Positions 29,685-39,193 of a stretch of DNA of 64,000 nt are shown in pieces. The notes below the pieces were generated by a model. The model made no database searches and was not told the DNA's origin. It saw nothing but the letters and a program-made list of their open reading frames with translations. The position numbers and the translations under genes are program-made. The first letter of the stretch is position 1. Each line of letters begins with the position of its first letter. The stretch comes from Bryobacterales bacterium (GTDB lineage Bacteria > Acidobacteriota > Terriglobia > Bryobacterales > UBA6623), in the NCBI GenBank assembly GCA_963422375.2, contig OY729428.2, positions 896,001 to 960,000 of the forward strand, given 5' to 3'.

Positions 29685-30929
29685 ATGCCTCTTGGTTTGG
29701 ACACGGCCTGGGCGCGGTCCCAGTTTCCGGCCCTGCATCGGGACGCGGGCCGGGCGCCCGAAATCTTCTTCGACGGGCCGGGCGGCACGCAAGTGCCGCA
29801 GCGGGTGATCGACGCGGTCGCGGGCTACCTCGCCGGCTCCAACGCCAACATCCACGGCGCCTTCCGCACCAGCCGCGAGAGCGACCTCGTGGTGGAGGAC
29901 GCGCATGCGGCCGCGGCCGACCTGCTGGGCTGCGACGCCGCGGAGGTGGTGTTCGGTCCCAACATGACCACATTGGCCTTCTGGCTCAGCCGCGCGCTTG
30001 CCGAAGAGCTCGCGGCCGGCGACGAGATCCTCGTCACGAGACTCGACCACGACGCGAACTACGCGCCCTGGAAGAGCTTGGAGGATCGCGGCATCCGCGT
30101 CCGCGAGGCCCGCTTCCTCAGCGAGGACTGCACCCTCGACCGCGAGGACCTGAGATCCAAGCTGTCTGCCCGGACCAAGCTCGTGGCGGTCGGCTACGCC
30201 TCCAATGCGGTCGGCACGATCAACGACGTCACCGGAATCGTCCAAGACGCCCGCGCGACGGGCGCGCGCGTGTTCGTGGACGCGGTTCACTACGCTCCCC
30301 ACGGCCCGATCGACGTGCGGGCGCTGGACTGCGACTTCCTGACATGCTCGGCCTACAAGTTCTTCGGCCCGCACCAAGGGCTGCTCTTCGGCAAGCGCGA
30401 GCATCTCGAGCGGCTGCGGGCCTACAGGGTCCGCCCGGCCGACAGCCGCCTGCCGGGCAGGCTGGAGACAGGCACGCAGAACCACGAGTGCATGGCGGGG
30501 ACCTCGGCCGCGATCGGGTATCTGGCGGATCTCGGCCGGCGCTGCGGCGCGCCGGGCGGCGACCGGCGGGCCTGCTTGGTCGCGGCGATGCGGGCCGTGC
30601 GCGATTACGAGCGCGCGCTGGCAGCCCGCCTGATCCGCGGACTGCTGGACATTCCGGGCCTCGAGTTCTTCGGGATCCGGGACCGGAGCCAGCTGTGGCG
30701 ACGGGCGCCCACGGCGGCCATCCGGCTGGGCGGCATGCATCCGCGGCAAGTCGCCGAACGGCTTGGCGAGCAAGGAATCTTCGTCTGGGACGGAAACTTC
30801 TACGCCCTCAACGTCACCCAAGACCTGGGACTGGAGGACTCCGGGGGGCTGGTCCGGATCGGCCTCGCGCATTACAACACGGCCGGCGAGGTCGACCGGC
30901 TGCTCGACGCGCTCGACCGGCTGCGGTGA
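29685..30929 (+). CDS. cysteine desulfurase-like protein (aminotransferase class V)
   Basis: FDGPGGTQVP, LDHDAN, DAVHYAPH, CSAYKFFGPH, ETGTQNHE, RIGLAHYN. Confidence 0.9.
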   Translation: MPLGLDTAWARSQFPALHRDAGRAPEIFFDGPGGTQVPQRVIDAVAGYLAGSNANIHGAFRTSRESDLVVEDAHAAAADLLGCDAAEVVFGPNMTTLAFWLSRALAEELAAGDEILVTRLDHDANYAPWKSLEDRGIRVREARFLSEDCTLDREDLRSKLSARTKLVAVGYASNAVGTINDVTGIVQDARATGARVFVDAVHYAPHGPIDVRALDCDFLTCSAYKFFGPHQGLLFGKREHLERLRAYRVRPADSRLPGRLETGTQNHECMAGTSAAIGYLADLGRRCGAPGGDRRACLVAAMRAVRDYERALAARLIRGLLDIPGLEFFGIRDRSQLWRRAPTAAIRLGGMHPRQVAERLGEQGIFVWDGNFYALNVTQDLGLEDSGGLVRIGLAHYNTAGEVDRLLDALDRLR

Positions 30930-30950
30930 CCCGCCTCCGCGCTCCGGGCC

Positions 30951-31739
30951 CTAGAAGTCGGGCAGGTTCCTCATCATCGAGGCCGTGTCCCCGCCCCGCG
31001 CGAGACGCGCCGAGTCGAGGACGAGCCGGCTGCGATCGTGGAGCGTGCCGAGGTACCGCATGTCGGCGCGGGAGCCGCCCATCATGACGACGATGTACCC
31101 GCGGGAGGGGTACCTCAGCGCTTGGAACTGGAGCTCGTCCTCCCGGCCGCTGATCCACTCCTCCGTCTCGGGCCGCTCGAGCCTCCCCACCACGCTGAAG
31201 TAGCTGTCGCTCGCGGCTAGGCCCAGATAGCGCTGGTCCGACGTGTCCGTGTCCGGCTTGAAGAGCGCCTCGAACGGGTTGTGCAGGCCGCCCACGACGG
31301 CCACGAACCCGAGCACGGACACGAGCAGGCCCGCCGCGAGGGCGATGCCGAGCATGCGCACCACGCGCGCGTCCGAGCCGCTGAGCAGCCGCTGCTTCGG
31401 GGGCGGGGCGGCCGCCGTCTCCCGGGGGTGCCGCGCCGCCGGGGTGGACGGCATCTCCGTGACGACCCTGCGGTACGGATACACGCCGCCGGCCTTGAAC
31501 TCGAGCTCGCGCCTCAAGCCGAGAATGACGACCGGCGAACCGGTGCTGCTCAGGCCGCCCAGGTGGATTCGGGGTATCCAGAACTCCTGGCCGGACTCGC
31601 TGTTGCGGATGCGGGCTTCGGACCAAGTGCATTCCAGCAGGGTCCACTCGTTGTGCTCAATGCCCCGGATCGCCGGGTAGAAGGAGAACCGGCGGTTGCG
31701 GAGACCCTCCAGCGGCGACTGCGGCTCGGTCGGCGGCAT
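30951..31739 (-). CDS. hypothetical single-pass membrane protein
   Basis: 262 aa, central hydrophobic segment, host codon usage. Confidence 0.7.
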   Translation of the reverse strand: MPPTEPQSPLEGLRNRRFSFYPAIRGIEHNEWTLLECTWSEARIRNSESGQEFWIPRIHLGGLSSTGSPVVILGLRRELEFKAGGVYPYRRVVTEMPSTPAARHPRETAAAPPPKQRLLSGSDARVVRMLGIALAAGLLVSVLGFVAVVGGLHNPFEALFKPDTDTSDQRYLGLAASDSYFSVVGRLERPETEEWISGREDELQFQALRYPSRGYIVVMMGGSRADMRYLGTLHDRSRLVLDSARLARGGDTASMMRNLPDF

Positions 31740-31760
31740 GCACCTATCGCTCGTATTGTG

Positions 31761-32726
31761 TCACGGCTTGCGCATCACCAAGACACGGAACGTCTCCCCG
31801 AGACCGAACAGCAGCGACTTGAGCTGCATGCGCCGGCGGACCCGCTCCGCCTCGCTCGCGGCGGCCAGGGCGTACTCCAAGCCGTCGGCCTCCCCGGTCT
31901 CGAGCAGGAAGGCCTGCTGCGTGCGCAGCGGAGCCACCTCGAGGCCGGCCGCTCGCCCGGCTTCCATCAAGGCCGTGAAGTTCACGTGCGCGGTGATGTC
32001 GCGGCGTCCCGGCTCAGCCAGCACGTCGGCATCGGCGCGATGCCGGGAGTAGGCCATCAGGGAGCCGTCGGGAAATCTCCCGCCGCGCTCCACTTCGTCG
32101 CGGGTGTACCCGTAGTCAATCGCGAGGATCCAGCCTCGCGCGAGCGCCGCGCAGATCCGTTCCACCGCCCGTACCTGGGAATCGCAGGTCTCGATGCGGC
32201 GCCCGTCCGCGATCCGCGGAATTCCGGGGCGTTCCCCGCAGGGCACGGGAGCAGCCCAAACGAAGCGCCCGCCGGAGAAGCCGACCCTTCGCTCGGTCCA
32301 GCCGCCGTCGCGCCGCTCGACCACGTCGACGGGCAGCGCGTCGAAGAACTCGTTGCAGAAGACCGCCCCCCTCACGGGCCGCTCGGGCCAGGGCTGGCCC
32401 GCGTCCACGGCGATCCACTCGAGGTCCGGCATGCAGCGCCGGACCTCGCTGCCGGTCTCGCCGCGCCCGGGCCCGAGCTCCAGCACCTGGAACCGGCCAG
32501 CAAGGCCGATTTCGCGCCGCCACGAATCGAGGCGCTGCGCGATCAGACGGCCGAACACCGGCTGCATCTGGGCGTTGGTGTAGAAGTCGCCTGACCTGCC
32601 GAACGGGTCGCGTCCGCCGCGGTAGTACCCAAGGGAAGGATGGTAGAGGGCGAGTTCCATGAAGCGGCGGAACGGCAGGGGGCCGCGGGAGCGTATCTCG
32701 TCCGCGATGATCCCGGCGAGGTCCAC
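31761..32726 (-). CDS. SAM-dependent methyltransferase, MidA/NDUFAF7 family
   Basis: FMELALYHPSLGYY, GDFYT, LELGPGRG, NEFFDALP, IDYG, DITAHVNF. Confidence 0.9.
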   Translation of the reverse strand: MDLAGIIADEIRSRGPLPFRRFMELALYHPSLGYYRGGRDPFGRSGDFYTNAQMQPVFGRLIAQRLDSWRREIGLAGRFQVLELGPGRGETGSEVRRCMPDLEWIAVDAGQPWPERPVRGAVFCNEFFDALPVDVVERRDGGWTERRVGFSGGRFVWAAPVPCGERPGIPRIADGRRIETCDSQVRAVERICAALARGWILAIDYGYTRDEVERGGRFPDGSLMAYSRHRADADVLAEPGRRDITAHVNFTALMEAGRAAGLEVAPLRTQQAFLLETGEADGLEYALAAASEAERVRRRMQLKSLLFGLGETFRVLVMRKP

Positions 32727-32735
32727 CGCCGCCTC

Positions 32736-33047
32736 TCAGCGCTCGAGCGCGTAGGGCGCGGCCGGGTTGTCGAGGCTCTGGGGCGTGTACTCGAACATCT
32801 CGACGAAGTAGTCGTGCAGGCCCTCGAAGATCATGCGCTGGAGGATCCAGCGGAACTGGACGTGCGACAGGTCGCGCGGATGGATCTCCAAGTAGTAGGT
32901 GTGGATCCCCGCGGGCTTACGCTTCAGGTCGATCACCAGCTCGACGCGGCCGGCCGGGGTCTCGCGCACGTCGAAGGCGAGCAGCGGATGGGAGTACTTC
33001 TCCAGCTCCTTCCTGACGGCGGCCAGCGCAGCGGCGTTGCCCGGCAT
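32736..33047 (-). CDS. hypothetical protein
   Basis: about 103 aa, strong host codon bias, co-oriented with the downstream methyltransferase. Confidence 0.7.
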   Translation of the reverse strand: MPGNAAALAAVRKELEKYSHPLLAFDVRETPAGRVELVIDLKRKPAGIHTYYLEIHPRDLSHVQFRWILQRMIFEGLHDYFVEMFEYTPQSLDNPAAPYALER

Positions 33048-33195
33048 ACCGGGCCAGAATAGCAACGCGATCGGCGCCCGACGAGCGACCTATACTGGGG
33101 GCGGCAGCCTGGCCGCGCCCGCCCGCCGCCAGGGCTCGCCGCGCAGCGGTCCAGGAGTTGCGACGGCCGTCAGCGCCCGTCGCGAGGCTCAGCCG

Positions 33196-34569
33196 ATGAC
33201 CAGCTGGCTCGAAGCCGAATCGGAGGGCCGCAACGCCTCGCACCCGCCGGGGGGCATGACCCGCACGGCAGGCCGCATCCTAGCCGCCTGCATGCTGCTG
33301 CTCGCGGCCGCGGCGGGCGGGCTGGTGCTGACGCGCCCGGTGCATCGGATCGAAGGGGACTTCCTGCAGCGCGAGGATCTCGGCCTGGCGGACGAATGGC
33401 TGGGCGAGCAGCTGCGGAACCCAGTCGCCGAAACAAGGGCGCGAGCCTACCTCGCGCTGTCCAGGATCGAGGGCCGGCGATCGCTCGAGGCGTTGCTGCC
33501 AGGCATGCGGGATGCCGCTCCCTCGGTGCGGGCGGCCGCCGCGTTCGCCGCCGGCAACGTGCTGGACTCGCGCCTGGGCGGCGGCGCTCCGCCCGACGGC
33601 GCCGTGGCAGCCCTGCTCGGCCTGCTGGACGACGACGCGCGCCTCGTCGCGACGCGCGCGGTGGAGGCTCTCGGCAAGGCGGGCCGGGTCGCGACCACCG
33701 CGGAACTCACCCGCAGCGCCGCGCCCGTCGCGGTCACGATGACCGCGCTGATGCGCCTGGACGCGCAGGGCCAGACGGCATTCGTCGCGGAATACCTCGA
33801 TTCGGACGACCAGGACAGCCGCTGGGCGGCGTCCCTGGCGGTGGACAGCCTAGGCCTAGTGCGGGAGCCGGCCGTCCGGCAGCGCCTGCTTCCGCTGATC
33901 ACCGACGACAATGCCTTTGTACGGGCGGCCGCGCTGCGCGCCGCCGCCGGGGCCGTAGCGGGCGAGGGACTGCTGGAGGCCGTCCGGGCGAGCCTCGCTC
34001 ACCGCGATCCCAAGGTGCGGTTCGAGGCCGACGTCGCGCTGGCGGCCCTGGAAGGCTCGCCGCAGGCCGACGCCCTGCCCCCCGGGGAGCCCGACCTCGG
34101 CTCGCAGCGGATCCCGGCGCCCGACACGCCGCTGCTGGCCTCGGGCGACTACCAGCGAGTCGCGAAAACCATGGGCGCGCGGCTGCGGATGAGCACCTCG
34201 GACGGTGATTTCGAGATCGAACTGGATTACGAACGGGCGCCGCTGACCGCAGAGCACTTCCGCGAGCTGGCCAACGCCGGCGCGCTGGACGGCTCGGTCG
34301 TCTCCGCCGTGCGCCCGAACGGATACGCCGTGGCCGGAATCCCCCTGGGTCCTCTCCGCTCGGAACTGAATCCGGCGCCTTTCCTGCGCGGCAGCCTCGG
34401 CCTGCTGCGGCAGGGCGACGCCTCCGGCGGCGGCTTCTTCCTCTGTCTCACCGCGCTGCCCCTCGCCGATGGCCGCTACGTGAACTTCGGGCGGCTGGTC
34501 TCGGGCGACGCCCGGCTGGACGGCTTGTCCCCGGGCACCCGCGTGCTTTCCGTGCGCGAGGTCCGCTAG
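33196..34569 (+). CDS. membrane-anchored HEAT-repeat protein with degenerate cyclophilin-like domain
   Basis: N-terminal TM; repeated VRAAAA/DPKVRFEA helices; GDFEIELDYERAPLTAEHF, RGSLG, GRYVNFGRLVSG; start uncertain (33196 or 33256). Confidence 0.8.
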   Translation: MTSWLEAESEGRNASHPPGGMTRTAGRILAACMLLLAAAAGGLVLTRPVHRIEGDFLQREDLGLADEWLGEQLRNPVAETRARAYLALSRIEGRRSLEALLPGMRDAAPSVRAAAAFAAGNVLDSRLGGGAPPDGAVAALLGLLDDDARLVATRAVEALGKAGRVATTAELTRSAAPVAVTMTALMRLDAQGQTAFVAEYLDSDDQDSRWAASLAVDSLGLVREPAVRQRLLPLITDDNAFVRAAALRAAAGAVAGEGLLEAVRASLAHRDPKVRFEADVALAALEGSPQADALPPGEPDLGSQRIPAPDTPLLASGDYQRVAKTMGARLRMSTSDGDFEIELDYERAPLTAEHFRELANAGALDGSVVSAVRPNGYAVAGIPLGPLRSELNPAPFLRGSLGLLRQGDASGGGFFLCLTALPLADGRYVNFGRLVSGDARLDGLSPGTRVLSVREVR

Positions 34570-34706
34570 CGCGGCGACGGGCAAGAAAAGGCCGCCGCGC
34601 CTACGGGCGACGGCCCGTTCTGCTATAGTTCAATGCACCAAGGGTCCATCCCGTCGCGGGAGCGGACTACATTTCCGATCAAACACTCTTGAAAGGAGAA
34701 CGCTAG

Positions 34707-35333
34707 GTGAGTCCTGAAAACCCCCACGGCGGGTCCCAGCGCGCTCCGCGCAAGGGCTTCTCCCGTCGCACGTTCATTGAAGGCGTCGGGATCGGAGCCG
34801 GCGCAGTCGGCGCGCTCGGGGCGGCGGAATCGGCACGCGCCGACCAGCACGAAGTGGTCGGCCCGGCCGCGGTCCCTATCACTCTGAACATCAACGGCAC
34901 CAGCCACAAGCTGAGCGTGGAGCCGCGCGTCACCTTGGTCGACGCGCTGCGCAACATGCTCGACCACACCGGCGCGAAGAAGGTCTGCGATCGAGCGACC
35001 TGCGGCGCCTGCACGGTCATCGTGGACGGCAGCCCGGTCTATTCCTGCACGATGCTGGCCATCGAGGCCCAGGGACGCAGGATCGAGACCGTCGAGGGCA
35101 TCTCGAGCGACGACGCGATGCATCCGGTGCAGACCCAATTCGTCAAGTACGACGCCCAGCAGTGCGGCTTCTGCACGCCGGGCCTCGTGATGGCCGGGAA
35201 GGCGATCGTGGATCGCAACCCTCGAGCGTCGATGGCGGAAATCGAGAGCGGACTGTGCGGCAACATCTGCCGCTGCGGGACCTACGTCGGAGTCCGCAAG
35301 GCCGTGTACGCCGCGGCCGGAGGGAGGGCGTGA
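34707..35333 (+). CDS. xanthine dehydrogenase-family 2Fe-2S subunit with Tat signal (PaoA/YagT-like)
   Basis: SRRTFIE twin-arginine; CDRATCGACT, QCGFCTPG, NICRCG. Confidence 0.92.
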   Translation: MSPENPHGGSQRAPRKGFSRRTFIEGVGIGAGAVGALGAAESARADQHEVVGPAAVPITLNINGTSHKLSVEPRVTLVDALRNMLDHTGAKKVCDRATCGACTVIVDGSPVYSCTMLAIEAQGRRIETVEGISSDDAMHPVQTQFVKYDAQQCGFCTPGLVMAGKAIVDRNPRASMAEIESGLCGNICRCGTYVGVRKAVYAAAGGRA

Positions 35334-37495
35334 TGGCGACGATTTACGACTGGCCGGCGTCCGCGGACCGCAGCCTGATCGGCAAGCGGCACATCCGCGT
35401 CGACGGGCCGGACAAGGCGCGCGGCGTGGCGAAGTACTCCTACGACCGCAACCTGGACGGCATGCTGTACGCGCTCTTGGTGACTTCCGGCACCTCGCAC
35501 GGGCGGATCATCGGGATCGACACGTCCGCGGCGGAGAAGGTGCCGGGCTACAAGGGCCACGTCAATATCCTCAACGTGGGCGACGAGGTCCAGTGGGTCG
35601 GAACCGAGATTCTCGCGATCTGCGCCGACACCGAGGAACACGCTCGCGACGCGGAGGCCGCCGTCAGCGTCCATTTCGAGAAGCTGCCCCACTGGGTCAA
35701 GGACGAGGACGTCAAGAAGGCCGGCGAGGCCAACCGTGTCGCGCCCGCCAAGGACGACACGAAAGGGCCGGACCTCGACGCGGCGTGGAAGAGCGCGGAC
35801 GCCGTGGTGGAAGGCTACTACGGCCTGCCCATGATCACGCACTGCTGCCTCGAGCCGCACGGCCAGGTCGTGCATTGGACAGACGACGAGATCACCGTGT
35901 ACGCCTCCACCCAGGCGGTGGCCCGCATTCCGGCCGACCTCGCGAAAGGCCTGTCGAGAGACGAGTCGATCGGCACGATCGATGCGGAGAAGATCCACGT
36001 GATCACGCCGTACATGGGTGGCGGCTTCGGGTCGAAGTTCAACATCGACACCTGGGGCATCGCCTGCGCCAAGCTCTCCAAGCAGACCGGCAGGCCCGTC
36101 AAGCTGATGCTGGACCGCGACGAGGAGCTGATGGTGGCCGGCTCGCGGCCTTCGGACTTCGGCAACATCAAGGTCGGCGCGAAGAAGGACGGCACGCTGG
36201 TCGCCTACGAGTCGGAGACCTGGTCCACCGGCGGCGTCGCCGGGCGCGGCAGCCCGCCGGTTCCGTACGTCTACAACAACGAGGACCGGCTGGCGCAGAA
36301 GGCGCGGCACCTCAACGTCTCGACCAACATCGGCCCGGCGCGCGCCTGGCGCGCGCCGAACCATCCGCAGGCGGCCGTGCTCACGATGTGCCCGATGGAG
36401 GATCTGGCGGCCAAGCTGGACATGGATCCGGTGGAGTTCTTCAAGAAGAACGCCGACCTGACCGCTAGGCCCGAGGTCTACCGCTACGAGATCGACAAGT
36501 GCGCCGAGATGATCGGCTGGAAGGACAACTGGCACAAGCGCGGCGACTCCGGACCCGGTCCGGTCAAGCGCGGCCTCGGCCTGTCGCTCCACACATGGGG
36601 CGGCCGTCCGCACGACTCGACCTGCGAGGTGCGCATCCAGCCGGACGGCGGAGTCTCCGTGAACCTGGCCAGCCAGGACCTGGGCGTCGGAACCTACACG
36701 ACGCTGGCGGTAGTGGCCGCCGAGACGCTCGGCCTGCAAATCCCCGACATCAAGGTCAACATCGGCAGCTCGAGGCTCCCGATCTCGGGCGCGTCGGGCG
36801 GGTCCACGACCGTCGGCGGCACGTCGGCCTCCACGCGTCGCGCCACGGTGAACGCGCTCGAGGACCTCAAGGGCGTCGTCGCGGAGTCGCTAGGCGTCGA
36901 GGCCGCGGACCTCGTGGCCAAGGAGGGCAAGGTCTTCTCCAAGTCCGACTCGTCCAAGTCCCTGAGCTGGACAGACGCCTGCAAGAAGCTCGGCAACCGG
37001 ACCATCACGGGGCAGGGCAAGCAGCCGGATCGCAACGGCGGCAAGCTCAACGACTCCGGAGTAGGCGGCGTGCAGATGGCTGACGTTTCCGTCGACGTCG
37101 AGACCGGCGTGGTCACGATCAACAAGGTCGCCGCCGTGCAGGACGTGGGACTGGTCGTCTGCCTGGAGCAGTGCGAGAGCCAGGTGTACGGGTCCCTGAT
37201 CCAAGGCGTGGGCTGGGCGCTGTACGAAGAGACGGTCTACGACCAAGCGACCGGCACGATGCTCAACCCCGACATGGAGTTCTACAAGCTGGCCGGGGCG
37301 GCCGACATCGGCGAGCTGGAAGTCCACATGGTCCAGAACAAGTACGACGACCGCGGCGTGATCGGAATCGGCGAGCCGCCGGCCATCTCGCCCGGCGCCG
37401 CGATCTCGAACGCCGTGGCAAACGCCATAGGCGTGCGGGTCCCGACCCTGCCGCTGACGCCGGATCGAGTGCTGGCGGCGCTCGCGAACGCATAA
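35333..37495 (+). CDS. xanthine dehydrogenase-family molybdopterin-binding subunit (PaoC/YagR-like)
   Basis: RVDGPDKARG, LEPHG, YMGGGFGSK, QDLGVG, SGGSTT, GIGEPP, NAVANAIGVR. Confidence 0.92.
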   Translation: MATIYDWPASADRSLIGKRHIRVDGPDKARGVAKYSYDRNLDGMLYALLVTSGTSHGRIIGIDTSAAEKVPGYKGHVNILNVGDEVQWVGTEILAICADTEEHARDAEAAVSVHFEKLPHWVKDEDVKKAGEANRVAPAKDDTKGPDLDAAWKSADAVVEGYYGLPMITHCCLEPHGQVVHWTDDEITVYASTQAVARIPADLAKGLSRDESIGTIDAEKIHVITPYMGGGFGSKFNIDTWGIACAKLSKQTGRPVKLMLDRDEELMVAGSRPSDFGNIKVGAKKDGTLVAYESETWSTGGVAGRGSPPVPYVYNNEDRLAQKARHLNVSTNIGPARAWRAPNHPQAAVLTMCPMEDLAAKLDMDPVEFFKKNADLTARPEVYRYEIDKCAEMIGWKDNWHKRGDSGPGPVKRGLGLSLHTWGGRPHDSTCEVRIQPDGGVSVNLASQDLGVGTYTTLAVVAAETLGLQIPDIKVNIGSSRLPISGASGGSTTVGGTSASTRRATVNALEDLKGVVAESLGVEAADLVAKEGKVFSKSDSSKSLSWTDACKKLGNRTITGQGKQPDRNGGKLNDSGVGGVQMADVSVDVETGVVTINKVAAVQDVGLVVCLEQCESQVYGSLIQGVGWALYEETVYDQATGTMLNPDMEFYKLAGAADIGELEVHMVQNKYDDRGVIGIGEPPAISPGAAISNAVANAIGVRVPTLPLTPDRVLAALANA

Positions 37496-37510
37496 GGGAG
37501 GTCACGAACC

Positions 37511-38479
37511 ATGCAGAACTTCCAGTACTTCGCTCCCACGGACGCGCTGGTCGCCGCGCAGGCGCTTAGCCCGGAACCCGGGACCACGGCCGTGCTCGCC
37601 GGCGGCACCGACCTAGTCAGCCTCCTGAAGCAACGCGTCGAGACGCCGACGCGCGTGGTCAGCCTGCGCAACATCAGCGCCCTGCGGGGCATCTCGAAGA
37701 AGGGCGGCGGGCTGCGGATCGGCGCCATGGCGACGGTCGAAGAGCTCCTGGATTCCAAGGCCGCAGCGCCGTACAAGTCGCTCGTCCAGGCGGCGCAAGG
37801 CATCAGCGCCCCGCAGGTCCGGGCGATGGGCACGGTCGTGGGCGACCTGCTGCAGCGGCCGCGCTGCTGGTACTTCCGCAACGGGCACGGCCTGCTGGCC
37901 ATGCACGAGGGGCAGCCGCTCGTTCCGAAAGGCGAGAACCGCTACCACGCCATTCTCGGCAACAAGGGCCCGGCGTACTTCGTCAGCGCCTCGAGCTTCG
38001 CCCCGGCACTAGTCTCGCTCGGCGCGAGAGTCACGGTGGCGGGACCGGACGGCGAGCGCGAGATCCCAGTCGAGAATCTGTACCGCATCCCGTCCTCGGA
38101 AGCGGAGCGGGAGACCACGCTTGCGGGGAACGAGATCGTGACGGAGATCAGCGTGCCAGGCCTGTCCGGCATGCGCACGGCGACCTACGAGGTGCGACAG
38201 AGGCAGTTGCTCGACTGGCCGCTGGCGACGGCCTCGGTGGCGCTCCGCGTGCGCGGTGGCAAGGTTTCCGACGCACGGGTGGTCCTAGGTCACGTCGCGC
38301 CGATCCCGTGGCGGTCTTCGGAGGCCGAGACGGCGCTCAAGGGCAAGGCGGCGACCGAGGGGACCGGCGAGGCGGCAGGCAAGGCTGCCGTTTCCGCTGC
38401 GACCCCGCTTAGCCAGAACCAGGCGAAGGTGCAGCTGGCGACCGTCGCGGTCAAGCGCGCGGTTGCCATGGCGGCCTAG
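37511..38479 (+). CDS. xanthine dehydrogenase-family FAD-binding subunit (PaoB/YagS-like)
   Basis: LAGGTDL, LRIGAM, PQVRAMGT, QRPRCWYFR, LGHVAPIPWR. Confidence 0.92.
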   Translation: MQNFQYFAPTDALVAAQALSPEPGTTAVLAGGTDLVSLLKQRVETPTRVVSLRNISALRGISKKGGGLRIGAMATVEELLDSKAAAPYKSLVQAAQGISAPQVRAMGTVVGDLLQRPRCWYFRNGHGLLAMHEGQPLVPKGENRYHAILGNKGPAYFVSASSFAPALVSLGARVTVAGPDGEREIPVENLYRIPSSEAERETTLAGNEIVTEISVPGLSGMRTATYEVRQRQLLDWPLATASVALRVRGGKVSDARVVLGHVAPIPWRSSEAETALKGKAATEGTGEAAGKAAVSAATPLSQNQAKVQLATVAVKRAVAMAA

Positions 38480-38554
38480 CCGTCAAGAGACAGCGCGATC
38501 GCCGGGACTCCTGCATCCCGGCGATCGCGCCAGACTGTGATCGCGAGGCAAGTC

Positions 38555-38776
38555 ATGTCCCGGAACCGAGGCGCTGGCCTGAAGGTACTGACGCATCGCT
38601 GCTTGGATCTCCGCTGGAAGGGAATGTACATCGACGCCGACGACGATCCCACGGTGCAGCTCTCCAATACGAGAATCTACTGGTGCGACCAGACCCAGAA
38701 GCCCTTGGGGCCCGACGGAGACATCGTCGACGAGGACACTTGCACGGCATCCCGCAAGTGCTTCGAGGCAATCTAG
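38555..38776 (+). CDS. small four-cysteine protein, possible metal-binding accessory factor
   Basis: 73 aa; C..LRWKGMY, YWC..TQ..LGPDG, C-x5-C; co-oriented after the dehydrogenase genes. Confidence 0.65.
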   Translation: MSRNRGAGLKVLTHRCLDLRWKGMYIDADDDPTVQLSNTRIYWCDQTQKPLGPDGDIVDEDTCTASRKCFEAI

Positions 38777-39193
38777 CGACCGACGTCTAGAACGTCGCGA
38801 CGACTCGTCGTGAGTAGGAGCCACGTTGCGACCAGAACGCCAACGGTACCGGCCAAGTCGACCAAGATCAAGTTTCGATCTGAAGACTGGGGATTCTTGG
38901 CGAGGTGAAGGAGCGGTGTCCGTTGCAGCCTTCTGCCGGTGCAGCTCCCTGCACTCCAGGACCACGGAGACGAATATCTCCGGCAGGCGGGCCTCTAGCC
39001 CATCGCTCGCTTGGTAGGCCGCCCTCTGGAACTCGTCGGGGCCATCAGACCTCGGCTGCCAGCACGTCGCAAGCAGCCGTCGAACGGCGCGGCGACGAAG
39101 GATGGGCAGCGAGAGCCGCTCCGACAGCGCCAACTCCGTCGCACCGGCACCATACGAGCTGGCTGAACCTGCCACGATAGAATCGCGCGCTCG

